From a virus (taxonomy: Duplodnaviria; Caudoviricetes), in IMG/VR virus record IMGVR_UViG_3300017917_003016, positions 32,001-96,000 of that record: 64,000 nt of DNA. The stretch is one strand, 5' to 3'. Shown here piece by piece: positions 35,558-46,500 of this stretch. Position numbers and translations under genes: made by a program. Positions within the stretch are counted from its first letter, which is position 1; each line of letters begins with the position of its first letter. Under the pieces are notes generated by a model, which saw only the letters and a list, made by a program, of their open reading frames with translations, searched no databases and was not told the DNA's origin.

Positions 35558-35777
35558 TACCGTCTACATTTACGAACGTGTGGAAGATGTAATCTATGCT
35601 AGAGAACAGGGATCGGACGTCAGTACAAGGTTTCCAATTGGCAGAGACTTTGATGCCAATGTAAATATATCATTACGTGACTGGTATGACGTCTTGGACA
35701 AATCCAACACCAATACTACTTTACAAGACGCAGTTGCTAAATGTATAATGATATATAGATTATCCAAGGAAGAATAA
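35538..35777 (+). CDS. Hypothetical protein
   Basis: YIYERVEDVIYARE motif. Confidence 0.6.
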   Translation: MGRFKPNTVYIYERVEDVIYAREQGSDVSTRFPIGRDFDANVNISLRDWYDVLDKSNTNTTLQDAVAKCIMIYRLSKEE

Positions 35778-36007
35778 TGTTTAATCCTGCACAGTTTAAA
35801 CAAAAGAAAAAGCGCAAGGTCAATCCAGATATACCTCGTCCTAATCTGTTTAGTCACGAGAAAAAACTCAAAGACCAAACAGCAGCCATGGATCGACTGC
35901 TGCAGTTGGTAGACAGTCAGCAAAGTGAGATACGAGACCTTAAAAGAAAGTATGACAACATGCAGCAGAGCATAGATCAAATTCTCAGTCTGTTGAGGCG
36001 TAGATGA
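35777..36007 (+). CDS. Small coiled-coil protein
   Basis: Heptad-rich C-terminus. Confidence 0.55.
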   Translation: MFNPAQFKQKKKRKVNPDIPRPNLFSHEKKLKDQTAAMDRLLQLVDSQQSEIRDLKRKYDNMQQSIDQILSLLRRR

Positions 36008-36471
36008 GCAACACCGATCCGCTTTACATTGGCAATGAAATGGCCGCCTACGATCGCAAGGATCGAGGCTACTATGATAAGTTTTCAGATGAGCAACGCA
36101 AGAAGTTTTCAACTTATCTGATGCTGCGCTATGGCGCCAGCGTCAATGGGTCTGCAGACCTGCAGGCCTACTACCTAATGGCCGCCAATGAGCGAGTAAA
36201 CAAGTATTTCTTTGATCTTAACAAACATCCTAAGTTACAATGGTTGTGCTGCACTACAGTGAGCCCAGGAATGGGCAAACAATACCACTATTGGCAAGGC
36301 AGCAAAAAGAGTGAAACTGATAACAAGGCAATTAAATTTTTGAGTCAGGTATTTCCTCAACTCAAAGACGATGAAATTAAATTACTAGCGGAAATCAATG
36401 ATCGACGAGATCTTACAGACCTGGCAAGAAGGCTCGGCTGGGATGACAAGCGCATCAAATCTGAGTTATAA
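36004..36471 (+). CDS. Possible clamp-loader small subunit (gp62-like)
   Basis: Replication context; YLMLRY...NERVNKYFFDL.KHPKLQW. Confidence 0.4.
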   Translation: MSNTDPLYIGNEMAAYDRKDRGYYDKFSDEQRKKFSTYLMLRYGASVNGSADLQAYYLMAANERVNKYFFDLNKHPKLQWLCCTTVSPGMGKQYHYWQGSKKSETDNKAIKFLSQVFPQLKDDEIKLLAEINDRRDLTDLARRLGWDDKRIKSEL

Positions 36472-37141
36472 ATGCCGTTACTGCGGTAAAGAATTTCGCA
36501 AGGAATCAACACTTGCGGCGCATCTTTGCGAAAACAAGCGGCGGTGGCAGCAGGAAAAGGAAGTGGGCGTGCAGTTTGGTCTGCAGGCCTATCTACGTTT
36601 CTATGAAATGACACAGGGTTCAGCCAAGACCAAATCATATGCAGATTTTGTAGAAAGTCCCTACTACGCAGCCTTTGTGAAATTTGGTCGCCATATGGTT
36701 GCCATACGTGCGGTCAATCCTCGCATGTTTATCGACTGGGTAATTAACGAGAATAAGAAACTTGATCACTGGACGCACGAAAAGGTCTATACAGAATATC
36801 TACATCGCTATCTAAAAAAAGAAGCAGTACAGGATGCACTTGAACGTGCGCTAATAACCATGCAGGAGTATACAGATGAAGGAACAGGTATTGCAAGTTT
36901 TAAGGACTATTTTAGATTTGGTAACACTAATCGCGTGTGTTACCATATTGCTAACGGTAGAATTAGTCCTTGGGTTGTTTTCAATTGTGCGTCGGGGGTG
37001 GAATTTCTTGAAAGTCTCAATGATGAACAAGTTACGATTATTCTACCGTGGATAGATCCTGACTATTGGCAGCAAAAGTTTAGAGACTATGTGGCTGACA
37101 CAGAGTGGGTCAAGATGGTGTTAGGGGAAGCAGGACTATGA
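36443..37141 (+). CDS. C2H2-like zinc-finger protein
   Basis: CRYCGKEFRKESTLAAHLC at the N-terminus. Confidence 0.65.
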   Translation: MTSASNLSYKCRYCGKEFRKESTLAAHLCENKRRWQQEKEVGVQFGLQAYLRFYEMTQGSAKTKSYADFVESPYYAAFVKFGRHMVAIRAVNPRMFIDWVINENKKLDHWTHEKVYTEYLHRYLKKEAVQDALERALITMQEYTDEGTGIASFKDYFRFGNTNRVCYHIANGRISPWVVFNCASGVEFLESLNDEQVTIILPWIDPDYWQQKFRDYVADTEWVKMVLGEAGL

Positions 37142-37728
37142 AATTTTCTTCAGACATTGACATTGACTTTGCTGACAGAGATCAAGTATTGTCTCTGTTG
37201 GATGTAATCCCTGCAGGCATCATCCGCGATGAACAGTTGACTCGCCACAACACTGGTGTCTATGCCACAGACATACCGCAGGATCCATTTACGGGCACTG
37301 CTGCTTTGGATTATCGTGTGGCTGAACAAAGAGGATATGTCAAATTAGATTTTCTCAATGTGCATGTCTATCGACAGGTACGCGATGAGCAGCATTTAAT
37401 TGAACTCATGCGAGAACCTGATTGGACTAAGTTATATGATCCTGCAGTATGTCAGCAGTTGATTCACATCAACGGGCACTATGATACTCTGCTGAAAATG
37501 CCTGAGCCAGTGGATAGTATTCCTCGCTTGGCTATGTTTTTGGCTGTGATACGCCCTGCTAAACGTCATCTAATAGGTCGCACTTGGCGTGAAGTTGCTG
37601 ACTCCATATGGGATCGACCCGCTGATGACAGTTACTATTTTAAAAAATCACACTCGGTGAGTTATGCACAACTGGTAGTGGTGCACCTTAACTTACTTTG
37701 CGAACAAGAGTTATTGAACGGCGCTTAG
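37138..37728 (+). CDS. Miniature DnaE (Pol III alpha)-like protein
   Basis: SDIDIDF, HNTGVY, GYVKLDFL, LAVIRP and YYFKKSHSVSYA motifs. Confidence 0.72.
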   Translation: MKFSSDIDIDFADRDQVLSLLDVIPAGIIRDEQLTRHNTGVYATDIPQDPFTGTAALDYRVAEQRGYVKLDFLNVHVYRQVRDEQHLIELMREPDWTKLYDPAVCQQLIHINGHYDTLLKMPEPVDSIPRLAMFLAVIRPAKRHLIGRTWREVADSIWDRPADDSYYFKKSHSVSYAQLVVVHLNLLCEQELLNGA

Positions 37729-38062
37729 ACCGTTTGCTGGCAATTTCTTTGAGACTCACATAAGGTCCGTGGTGTATGGCCACATCCTTGCTGTTGAATG
37801 TCTTAAGACACACTCTAAACTCAATCCAATCCTGCTTTAAAAACACATTGATAGGCACTAGCCTATTGCTTTCCCACCACCATTGATCGGCTAATTCTAG
37901 ATATTTGGTCTTTTGATCCATGGTCCTCAGAGCAGCATAATCATAGATTGTGGTTATCAGTTCGTCTGAGTTTTGAATAATGCCTATGTAGTCGTTACCG
38001 CCGTAGGTAATGTAACTGATAAAAGGGTATTCATTAAGCAAACGCCTGATATGGTCTTCCAT
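37688..38062 (-). CDS. Hypothetical protein
   Basis: ORF track (start moved to MEDH); minus-strand TATAAATA at 38122-38129. Confidence 0.65.
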   Translation of the reverse strand: MEDHIRRLLNEYPFISYITYGGNDYIGIIQNSDELITTIYDYAALRTMDQKTKYLELADQWWWESNRLVPINVFLKQDWIEFRVCLKTFNSKDVAIHHGPYVSLKEIASKRSKRRSITLVRKVS

Positions 38063-38100
38063 AGGATTTCGATAAATACTTCTATTAGGATCCAACTAAA

Positions 38101-38601
38101 TTGACTACAGTAATTACAAGTTATTTATATGATCAAGTGATCAATGTACAACTATTAGACCAGGACCCTACTGTCACCACAAGGTATAGAACCGTGTACA
38201 ACAGACCTATCATAATTTATCAGGGCATAGACAATCCACTAAAAATTGTCATCAAAAATCAAGATCAAAAACCAGTAAATTTATATGGTTATGATGTACA
38301 ACTGGACATACAGGATCCCGTGATTCAAAACGCAGTGGTCAGCATTTCCTGTGACTGGGCTAATGCCAATGTAGGCATAGCCACTGTGACCATAGACAAA
38401 AATACAGTCAATGCACTTGATCAACGTATCTACAAGGCCACACTCAAAAGAATTGAACTCGTAACCAACCAAGAACGTCCCTTGTTTATGGATGACAACT
38501 TTACCGTACAGTTAGATCTAGATGTACAACCGGGATGGTACGAAAGCGCAGCACAAACGCCGCTGCCAGACTTTATCATTGACGGCGGAGAAATACAATA
38601 A
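38101..38601 (+). CDS. Baseplate/tail-associated protein (BppU-N-like)
   Basis: IYQGIDNPLKIVIKNQDQKPVNL; late motif ATAAATA at 38072-38078. Confidence 0.5.
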   Translation: MTTVITSYLYDQVINVQLLDQDPTVTTRYRTVYNRPIIIYQGIDNPLKIVIKNQDQKPVNLYGYDVQLDIQDPVIQNAVVSISCDWANANVGIATVTIDKNTVNALDQRIYKATLKRIELVTNQERPLFMDDNFTVQLDLDVQPGWYESAAQTPLPDFIIDGGEIQ

Positions 38602-41600
38602 TGACCGACCAAATCAGACAATTTATACTCAAGCGCGGCAACACTGCTGTTAGCCAAAACTACACAGGACCCATAGGTGAAATAACTTATGATACTGATC
38701 TCAAGACAGTGCGTGTACACGATGGGGTCACACCTGGTGGTAATATTATTGTTGGTGGTAATGTATTTTCGGTCCTGAGTTCAGAAATCTATGTCATACA
38801 ATCTAATGTAGCCAACCTACAGGCCAATGTTTCAGCACTGCAGGGCAATGCTGCGAATCAACAGACTGAGATCAATAATTTGTTTGCCAATGCTCTAGCA
38901 CAGCAGACTCAGATCAATACTTTGATCGACAACACTAATTTTGGTAATTTGTCGATCAACGATCAGACTATCTCTGGATTGATTTCAGACCGAGACATCA
39001 CACTAGCACCCACAGGCAATGCTTTGGTTACGGTGCCTGGTTTAAAAATCCCAGTGGGATCAGTGATTCAAGGTGTCAGTAATATTGTAGCAGTGATTAC
39101 TAACCTGACCTTAGACAGTGTAGTAGACACTTCAACAGGGCCCGGCGACAATCTCAACATAGGTGACTATGGATTGACTAATGGTATACCGCACCCATGG
39201 ACTGTGTATAAATTTACCACTACACCTAGTCCTATACTGCAGGTCAACGATGTGATCACAGGTGCAGGCATCCCCTTTAACAGCAACGTACAGTTTGTGG
39301 GTTCGGGTCTTTACAGTCAAGACGTCATAGTCAACACCAGTATCTATGGTAATGTATATCCCCCCAACGGTACCACAGTGTTTACCACACGTGCTGTGGT
39401 CAATGCTGGACTGGCCATTACCACACAGGCCAACACTGATATTACTCTTAATCCCGGTGTCAGTGGTAACATTGTACCAGCATCAAGTCTGATCCCCTTG
39501 GTACACAACGTCTATAACCTAGGCACTCCTACCAAACGCTTTAAAGAACTATGGTTGGGCGCAGGTACTATCTATGTGCTCGATGAAACTCTGGGCATTG
39601 ACTTGTCAATTGGCGCACGTGATGGTAACCTATACGTGGGCGGTGCAGCCGGGCTGACTGTGGGCAAGTTTACTCTAACAGGCAACACCATCGCACTAGA
39701 GAATCCCACAGAAGATTTCAGAATTGGTACAAATCTAGCCACTGGTAATTTGATCATCAATCGACCAGTAGTCATTAACAATCCTCTTTATCCCAGTTTT
39801 GAGTATCCAGCATTTTCAGTTGATCGCAACGGTCTGGTTGAAATTAATCCTCCAGGTAACTGGGATATCACTCGTGCAGCACTGAATATTGTTGGTACAT
39901 CAAGTGGTAATCAACTACCGCGTAATTTTGGCAACACCATGTTGAATATAGTTGGACAAGACAATAGTCCAACTCGTATATCTGCTGATGCACATGGCGT
40001 TACTGGAAGTCAAAATGCCTATGTGTCCATAGCAGCACGTGCTACTCGCGGCACTGTAGATGCACCATCACAGACCTTGGCCGGTGATACCATGCTGCGT
40101 TTGACCAATCAAGGTTGGACCTCCGGTGGAGCATTTGCATCCAGTATACTGCGTTTGAATTTTGAAGCCGCTGAAAACTTTACTCCGGTGGCCACTGGTA
40201 CACGCATGACTGTGCAGACCACCCCTGTGGGCAGCAATGTCATACAAACCACAGCCACGTTCTACTCTAACGGTCTACACCTATTTGGTAACACTGTAAC
40301 CACTGCTTACTATTTTGCTGATGGGTCGGCACAGTATACCGCAGCCAATATCCTAGCAATTAATGCTAGTGTCGCTGCAGTAAATGCCAATGTTGTACTA
40401 GCCAACACTACTATGAAGTCATATGTAGATGGGCAGATTCTGGCTGCTAACGCTGGAGTAACAGCAGCCAATCTAGCCATGAAAGGCTATGTAGATGGCA
40501 CTGCAGTGACTACCATTAATGGTGGCACCGGCATCGGTGTTAGTCGTGTTAACGGCACAGTGACTGTGAATGCCACAGGTGTTGCTAACGTGTTTGGCAC
40601 TGCCAATCAGGTCATTGTCACAGATGCTGGCAGTAAGAATCTAACTCTGAGTCTGCCACAGAGCATTGCTACTAATTCAAGTCCAACGTTTAGTAACCTA
40701 ACAGTGACTAACCTAACAGTCACAGGCAACTTGGCCTACACACAAACAGGTACGCTCACTGGCAAGAACATTTATCTTGCCAACAACTCAACCAACAGTA
40801 GCCAAATTGACGGCGGTGGTTTCTATCTGGGCAATATACAACAGGCCTACTATAGAAGTTTCTTGTACAACCTAAACAGCAATGCATGGGATACCAATGG
40901 CGCTGGGCTGATCACACAGAATTTAATAGCCACGGATGCAAACTTTAATGGAAACGTTTTTTCCAATGGTTCAGCACATTTCGGTGCGCTAGCGATGACC
41001 ATTAATTTCCCAAATGCTGCTATTCAAGTTGATGAAAATCTCAACAGTTATGCACAGGTAGTAACAATGAACCACAACAATGGTTCAGATGCCAGCACAG
41101 ACTACGTAGCAGTTAACGACATTGGAAATGATAGCAGTAACTATATTGACATGGGTATCAACTCAAGTACCTACACCGGCGCTGCATTAGGTTGGACTGT
41201 GTCAGGACCCAATGCTGGTTACTTGGTTGTCTATGGTAATGCACAGTTACCTCCAAACGGCAACTTGACCTTGGGCACCGCCACACCCAGCACACACATT
41301 GACTTCCATACCAGCGGCACCACTGCTGCCAACATACGTCTAACAATCAACGACAATGGATTGGTCATACCTGGTAACGTCAATGTCACAGGTAATATCC
41401 TGGCTAACAATGCTACAGTTAACAATCTTACAGTAACTACCCTTACAGCCACCACAGTCACCGGTAATATCAACTATGCTAACATCTACAACGCTCCTGT
41501 AAATCTAAGTCAGTTTAACAATGACACTAGTTTTGCCAACACTACCTATGTTACCAACAGCGTTAACACAGCCAATCTTGCGCTAAAAGGCTATGTAGAT

Positions 41601-43490
41601 CTGGCCAATACCATACAAAGCAATCAGATCAATACTCTGACTGCCAATGCGGCTACACAAAGCGATTTAATTATTGCAACTAATGCTAACATAACTCAGG
41701 CCAACCTAGGCATGCGAGGCTACGTTGATCAAGGCAATCTAGGCATGATAGGTTTTGTCAACGCTACCACAGTGTTTGCCAACGTTGGCATGCGGGGCTA
41801 CGTAGATCAACAGATTTTGATTACCACACAGACTGCAGCCAATGCCAACGTGGCCATGCGCGGTTATGTAGATTTTGCCAACACCATACAGGCCAATGCC
41901 ATTGCTGCTGCTAACATAGGCATGCAGGGATATGTTGATTTTGCCAACACTGTACAGGCCAATGCCATTGCTGCTGCTAACATAGGCATGCAGGGATATG
42001 TTGACTTTGCTAATTCTATACAGGCTGGTAGTATATCGGCCGGCAATGTGGGCATGCGAGGCTATGTAGATCAGCAGATTTTGATTACTACACAAACTGC
42101 AGCCAACGCTAACGTAGCAATGAAGGGCTACGTTGACAATGCTGTGACCACAGCCAACGTTGGTATGGTTGGATTCGTCCAAGCGTCAGTGTTTAATGCC
42201 AATGCTGGTGTCATCGGTTATGTAAATCTCAGCAACAGTTCAATGAAGAGTTATGTGGATCTCAGTAACTCTAGCATGAAGAGCTATGTTGATTTCACAG
42301 TTAATAACATAGCACAATACAGCAACGTACAGGTAGCCACATATCTACCAACTTATAATGGCACTATTGGCAGTCTAACCACTGCCAATACTAACATGAA
42401 AAACTATGTTGATGGGCAGATCACTGCGGCCAATGCAGGCGTAACTGCGGCCAACGTTGGTATGGTTGGCTATGTTCAATATACTGTGACACAGGCTAAT
42501 CTGGGTCTAAAGGGCTATATTGATCTGGCCAATACCATACAAAGTAATCAGATCAACACGTTGACGTCAAACGCCGCTACACAAAGCGATTTGATTATCG
42601 CAATCAATGCTAATGTGACCCAGGCCAATTTGGGTATGAAAGGCTACGTTGACAGCCAGGTAACAGCGGCTAACGTGGCTTGGGCTGCTAATGCATCGGC
42701 CCAACAAACACTAATTTATGATTTGCAGTCTAGCAAGATTGGCAACGTGCTGGGCACAGCCAACGAAATCACAGCCACACCTAGCGGAACTAATGTAACC
42801 TTAAGCCTGCCAGGCAATGTAATAATGCCAGGCAAACTAACATTGGCTGCAGGCAATGCCACAGTTACTCCTTTGGTATTCCAATTGGGAACACTAAACA
42901 CTGCAGTATCTGGTAGTTGGGAGTATGACGGACGAGTGTTCTACGCAACACCACAGGATGCCGAAAGGGGTGTAGCGAAAACAGCACAGATGTACATGGC
43001 CAATCTTACACAGACCATGACCAGCACCACTAGCCCCCAACCGCTGTTCCCACAATTGACGCGTGGTGTTTCATTAAACTCGCAAACACGCTATGCTTAT
43101 CGTATCCTGGGTGAAATTGACACAGGTAGCCATATTAGCAGTACCACAGTTAGTTATGGGCTAGCACTCAGCGGTGGTGCAACCATAGCCAAACACTGTT
43201 GGGTAGCCAACCCATGTACCGGCAGCGGCCCACAGCCGGCCTATCAAGTGGCCTATCAAGTGTTTGGCAGTTACGGCGGCAACACCATGACGCCCAGCAT
43301 CAGTAACGGCGCTAAATTTACTTTTATCATAGATGGTATCATTGACATGATCACATCAGGCAATGTTAACCCGCAACTTACATTCAGTGTGTCACCAGGT
43401 AGTGCCACAGCACTACAACAGGGTACATTTATGGAAATTTGGCCTGTGGGTAATATTACTGGTAATGTAAACATCGGCAATTGGGCTTAG
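38601..43490 (+). CDS. Large tail fibre / structural protein (1629 aa)
   Basis: N-terminal LKRGNT...GEITYDTDLKTVRVHDGVTPGG; YNLGTPTKRFKELWL; GYVD repeats. Confidence 0.75.
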   Translation: MTDQIRQFILKRGNTAVSQNYTGPIGEITYDTDLKTVRVHDGVTPGGNIIVGGNVFSVLSSEIYVIQSNVANLQANVSALQGNAANQQTEINNLFANALAQQTQINTLIDNTNFGNLSINDQTISGLISDRDITLAPTGNALVTVPGLKIPVGSVIQGVSNIVAVITNLTLDSVVDTSTGPGDNLNIGDYGLTNGIPHPWTVYKFTTTPSPILQVNDVITGAGIPFNSNVQFVGSGLYSQDVIVNTSIYGNVYPPNGTTVFTTRAVVNAGLAITTQANTDITLNPGVSGNIVPASSLIPLVHNVYNLGTPTKRFKELWLGAGTIYVLDETLGIDLSIGARDGNLYVGGAAGLTVGKFTLTGNTIALENPTEDFRIGTNLATGNLIINRPVVINNPLYPSFEYPAFSVDRNGLVEINPPGNWDITRAALNIVGTSSGNQLPRNFGNTMLNIVGQDNSPTRISADAHGVTGSQNAYVSIAARATRGTVDAPSQTLAGDTMLRLTNQGWTSGGAFASSILRLNFEAAENFTPVATGTRMTVQTTPVGSNVIQTTATFYSNGLHLFGNTVTTAYYFADGSAQYTAANILAINASVAAVNANVVLANTTMKSYVDGQILAANAGVTAANLAMKGYVDGTAVTTINGGTGIGVSRVNGTVTVNATGVANVFGTANQVIVTDAGSKNLTLSLPQSIATNSSPTFSNLTVTNLTVTGNLAYTQTGTLTGKNIYLANNSTNSSQIDGGGFYLGNIQQAYYRSFLYNLNSNAWDTNGAGLITQNLIATDANFNGNVFSNGSAHFGALAMTINFPNAAIQVDENLNSYAQVVTMNHNNGSDASTDYVAVNDIGNDSSNYIDMGINSSTYTGAALGWTVSGPNAGYLVVYGNAQLPPNGNLTLGTATPSTHIDFHTSGTTAANIRLTINDNGLVIPGNVNVTGNILANNATVNNLTVTTLTATTVTGNINYANIYNAPVNLSQFNNDTSFANTTYVTNSVNTANLALKGYVDLANTIQSNQINTLTANAATQSDLIIATNANITQANLGMRGYVDQGNLGMIGFVNATTVFANVGMRGYVDQQILITTQTAANANVAMRGYVDFANTIQANAIAAANIGMQGYVDFANTVQANAIAAANIGMQGYVDFANSIQAGSISAGNVGMRGYVDQQILITTQTAANANVAMKGYVDNAVTTANVGMVGFVQASVFNANAGVIGYVNLSNSSMKSYVDLSNSSMKSYVDFTVNNIAQYSNVQVATYLPTYNGTIGSLTTANTNMKNYVDGQITAANAGVTAANVGMVGYVQYTVTQANLGLKGYIDLANTIQSNQINTLTSNAATQSDLIIAINANVTQANLGMKGYVDSQVTAANVAWAANASAQQTLIYDLQSSKIGNVLGTANEITATPSGTNVTLSLPGNVIMPGKLTLAAGNATVTPLVFQLGTLNTAVSGSWEYDGRVFYATPQDAERGVAKTAQMYMANLTQTMTSTTSPQPLFPQLTRGVSLNSQTRYAYRILGEIDTGSHISSTTVSYGLALSGGATIAKHCWVANPCTGSGPQPAYQVAYQVFGSYGGNTMTPSISNGAKFTFIIDGIIDMITSGNVNPQLTFSVSPGSATALQQGTFMEIWPVGNITGNVNIGNWA
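41560..42670 (+). repeat. Coding repeat array AN(V/I/L)GM(K/R/Q)GYVD, core period 66 nt
   Basis: Near-identical 66-nt units beginning around 41871, 41937 and 42003; at least 15 degenerate units. Confidence 0.85.
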
Positions 43491-43507
43491 TATACCTAAT
43501 CTAACTA

Positions 43508-43536
43508 AAACAAACCCGCCCAGGCGGGTTTTGTTT
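43508..43536 (+). terminator. Rho-independent terminator
   Basis: AACCCGC-CCAG-GCGGGTT followed by TTGTTT; late motif ATAAATA follows at 43549-43555. Confidence 0.8.
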
Positions 43537-43580
43537 GACTAAAACCTGATAAATACTGAATATACAACAAGAGTGTTCCC

Positions 43581-46500
43581 ATGTCCGATCCAGTAAATTC
43601 AGTAGCAGGCAGAACAGGCAACGTAATCCTAACAGTTAACGACATAGTTGGATTTGACAATGCCAACTTTGCCAACACCGCTTATGTAGATCTACAGTTA
43701 AATGCCATTGTAGGCGGCGCACCGGGTGCGCTACAAACATTGGCCAATCTTGCCAATGCACTGAATGATGGCAGCAATATTGCCAGTGTAATTATCAATG
43801 ATATAACACTATTACAGGCCAATGATGCTGTACAGTCTGGTAATATTCGAACTCTACAGAACCAGGTCACTGCACTACAGTTGGGTAATGCTGCAGTTAC
43901 GGGTAGAGTAACTTCTCTAGAAACTGCCAACACTGTGCAGTATGCTGCAATTAGCAGTATTAGTACCACAATTACCAACATGCTCAACGGAACTGCACAG
44001 TTCCAAGATTTAGTAACTGTTGGTAACGGGATTTACAATCTGGGATCAGAAATTCATCAATGGAAGTATGGTTACTTCACTGACAAGATTTTCCTTGGTG
44101 GACATCAACTGACAGTTGACTATTATGGCAATCTGCGCATCGATGGACATTTAGTTGCTACGGGGAATGTAAATCTTGATTTATCAAACTACAGTGGTAA
44201 CATTGTTCCCAGCACCAATAGAAGATATACCATAGGCAACGTTAACTATCAATGGCATAGTTTGTTCGTTAGTAATACAGTTTACATAGGCGGTACATCC
44301 CTGACCATCTCCAATGGTAACCTATTGGTCAATGGCAATGTAATCACAGGCAGTGGCGGCACTGCTAATACAGGTAATATCGTATTCAATGGTACTTCTA
44401 TTGCTTTAGATGCAGGCAAAGTCGCAGCGGCTAGCACAGTATTAGAATTGAGCCCTAATGCAGAAGGCTGGGCATATTTACAACTACCTAATGACATTAG
44501 TGGTAACATATACAATACTCGCTTACACAATGATGCTGGTAATGTAGAAATTGGCACAGGCGATTCCAGTCATGGTGGTCCTGGATACACTTGGACATTT
44601 GGCAGAGATGGGCTTACACGATTCCCTAGCGGATTAAGATTCCCAGGACAATATTCTGATATTGTCACTGCCAACGTTGGTATTGATAATAAAGACATTG
44701 ATATCTATACTAACGAATGGATGGGCGGTGGTGTAGAAGTTTACCTAGAACACGACAGTCGTGTTTCTATACAGACTAACAACGGTGGTTATATTTGGGG
44801 ATTTGACAAGTACGGTAATCTAACCCTACCACATAACAGCAGAATAACAGAAGTGCCAAGCCCGGTGCCTGGAAATTATGCCCTATCTTTATCCGGCACA
44901 GGAGCAGTTAGTCCAGATCAACAGTTATTGATATATCCAACTAGTATCGATGCTAACCACTTGCACCTAACCACAGGTAATTTATACAACACCGAATTAT
45001 TCTTTGGTAATGATGATCTATTTGTTAAGTTGTCTAACATTGGTGATATAGTAGTCAACACCAACAATAACCAAGGTAATACTGCACAATGGACATTTGG
45101 TGCTGATGGCACATTAACAACTCCGGGCACAGTCAAAACCAACTTGATCAGTAGCAGAGCAGCCGGTCAACGAGTTACAATTGATCCAGACGGGACAAAT
45201 CTATCATACATTAGAGTTGACGGCTTTGATGATGGCGGCGAACGAATAGTTATTTCTAATCAATTTACTAATAGCCTGGGTATGTATTTCTATACAGAAA
45301 ATGGTACATTCAGAATGTATCAAAACATGCTTGGCTTCCCAGACAGTACTTGGCAAACTACAGCGTTCAGTAATGCTGCAATTGATACCTACTTAGTAGC
45401 AGAAACAGTCAAAAATATCCACGGTAACGTAACTATTTTTGGTAACTTATTTGTTAACGGTTCTACAACTACAATTAGCACTAATAATTATGTGATTAGT
45501 GACAATATTGTCAACTTTGCCAATGCTAACCCAGCAGACAGTTTAGATATTGGTTTTGTTGGGCATCGTACACCAAGCGGTCAACCTTTACAACACACTG
45601 GTTTGGTACGTGATGCCAGTGCCAACCAATGGAAATTGTTCAGTAACGTAACACAAAATCCAGGTGCCACTGTTGATTTCACTGATGCAGTCTACGATGA
45701 CCTGCAGGTTGGCAACATTACCAGTCCAACCATCACAGCGATTAACGCTAACATAGCGGCGGCCAACGCGGCTATTGCCTTTGCTAATACCATACAGTCA
45801 CAACAGATCGCTGCTGCCAACGTGGGCATGAAAGGCTATGTTGATAGTCAAACATTCTACAGTAACGCTCGGGTAGCAACTTATCTACAATATGGTAATA
45901 TCGCTAATATTTCAGCAGCGGGCAATGTCACAGCAACATATTTTATTGGTAACGGTGCGCTACTGACCGGTATTGCGGCTAGCAGTAGTTACAGTAACGT
46001 TCAAGTGGCCACATACTTGCCAACTTATTCAGGCAATCTATCAGCAGGTGGATATTTTGGCATGGCTGGCGCAGACGGAACTACGGTGGTAGATTTCCAA
46101 ACGGGTGCTGCAACCAATCAAATTATCACTCTAAGCAGCAACTACACATTCAGTATCAAAGCAGGTGCTGCAGCAAGCAATCGAGGATCTCTAGTACTAG
46201 AGTCTGGTCAAAACAGCCGCGTTAGAATCAATGGTAACGGTAGTAATGTTCTAATTACAGCAGGCAATGGCACACAATCTAGTACTTGGATATTTGCTAA
46301 TTCTGGTGTGTTGACATTCCCAGATGGCACTACACAAACCACAGCGGCTTCAGGTGGTGGAAGTAACTACAGCAACAGCAACGTGGCTAGTTATCTGGTG
46401 ACCTACACAGGCAATCTATCTGCAGGCAATGCTAACATTATCAGCAACCTAACTGTTGGTAGTTATCTAACAACATCAGGAACAGGCGGTAATATTTCAG

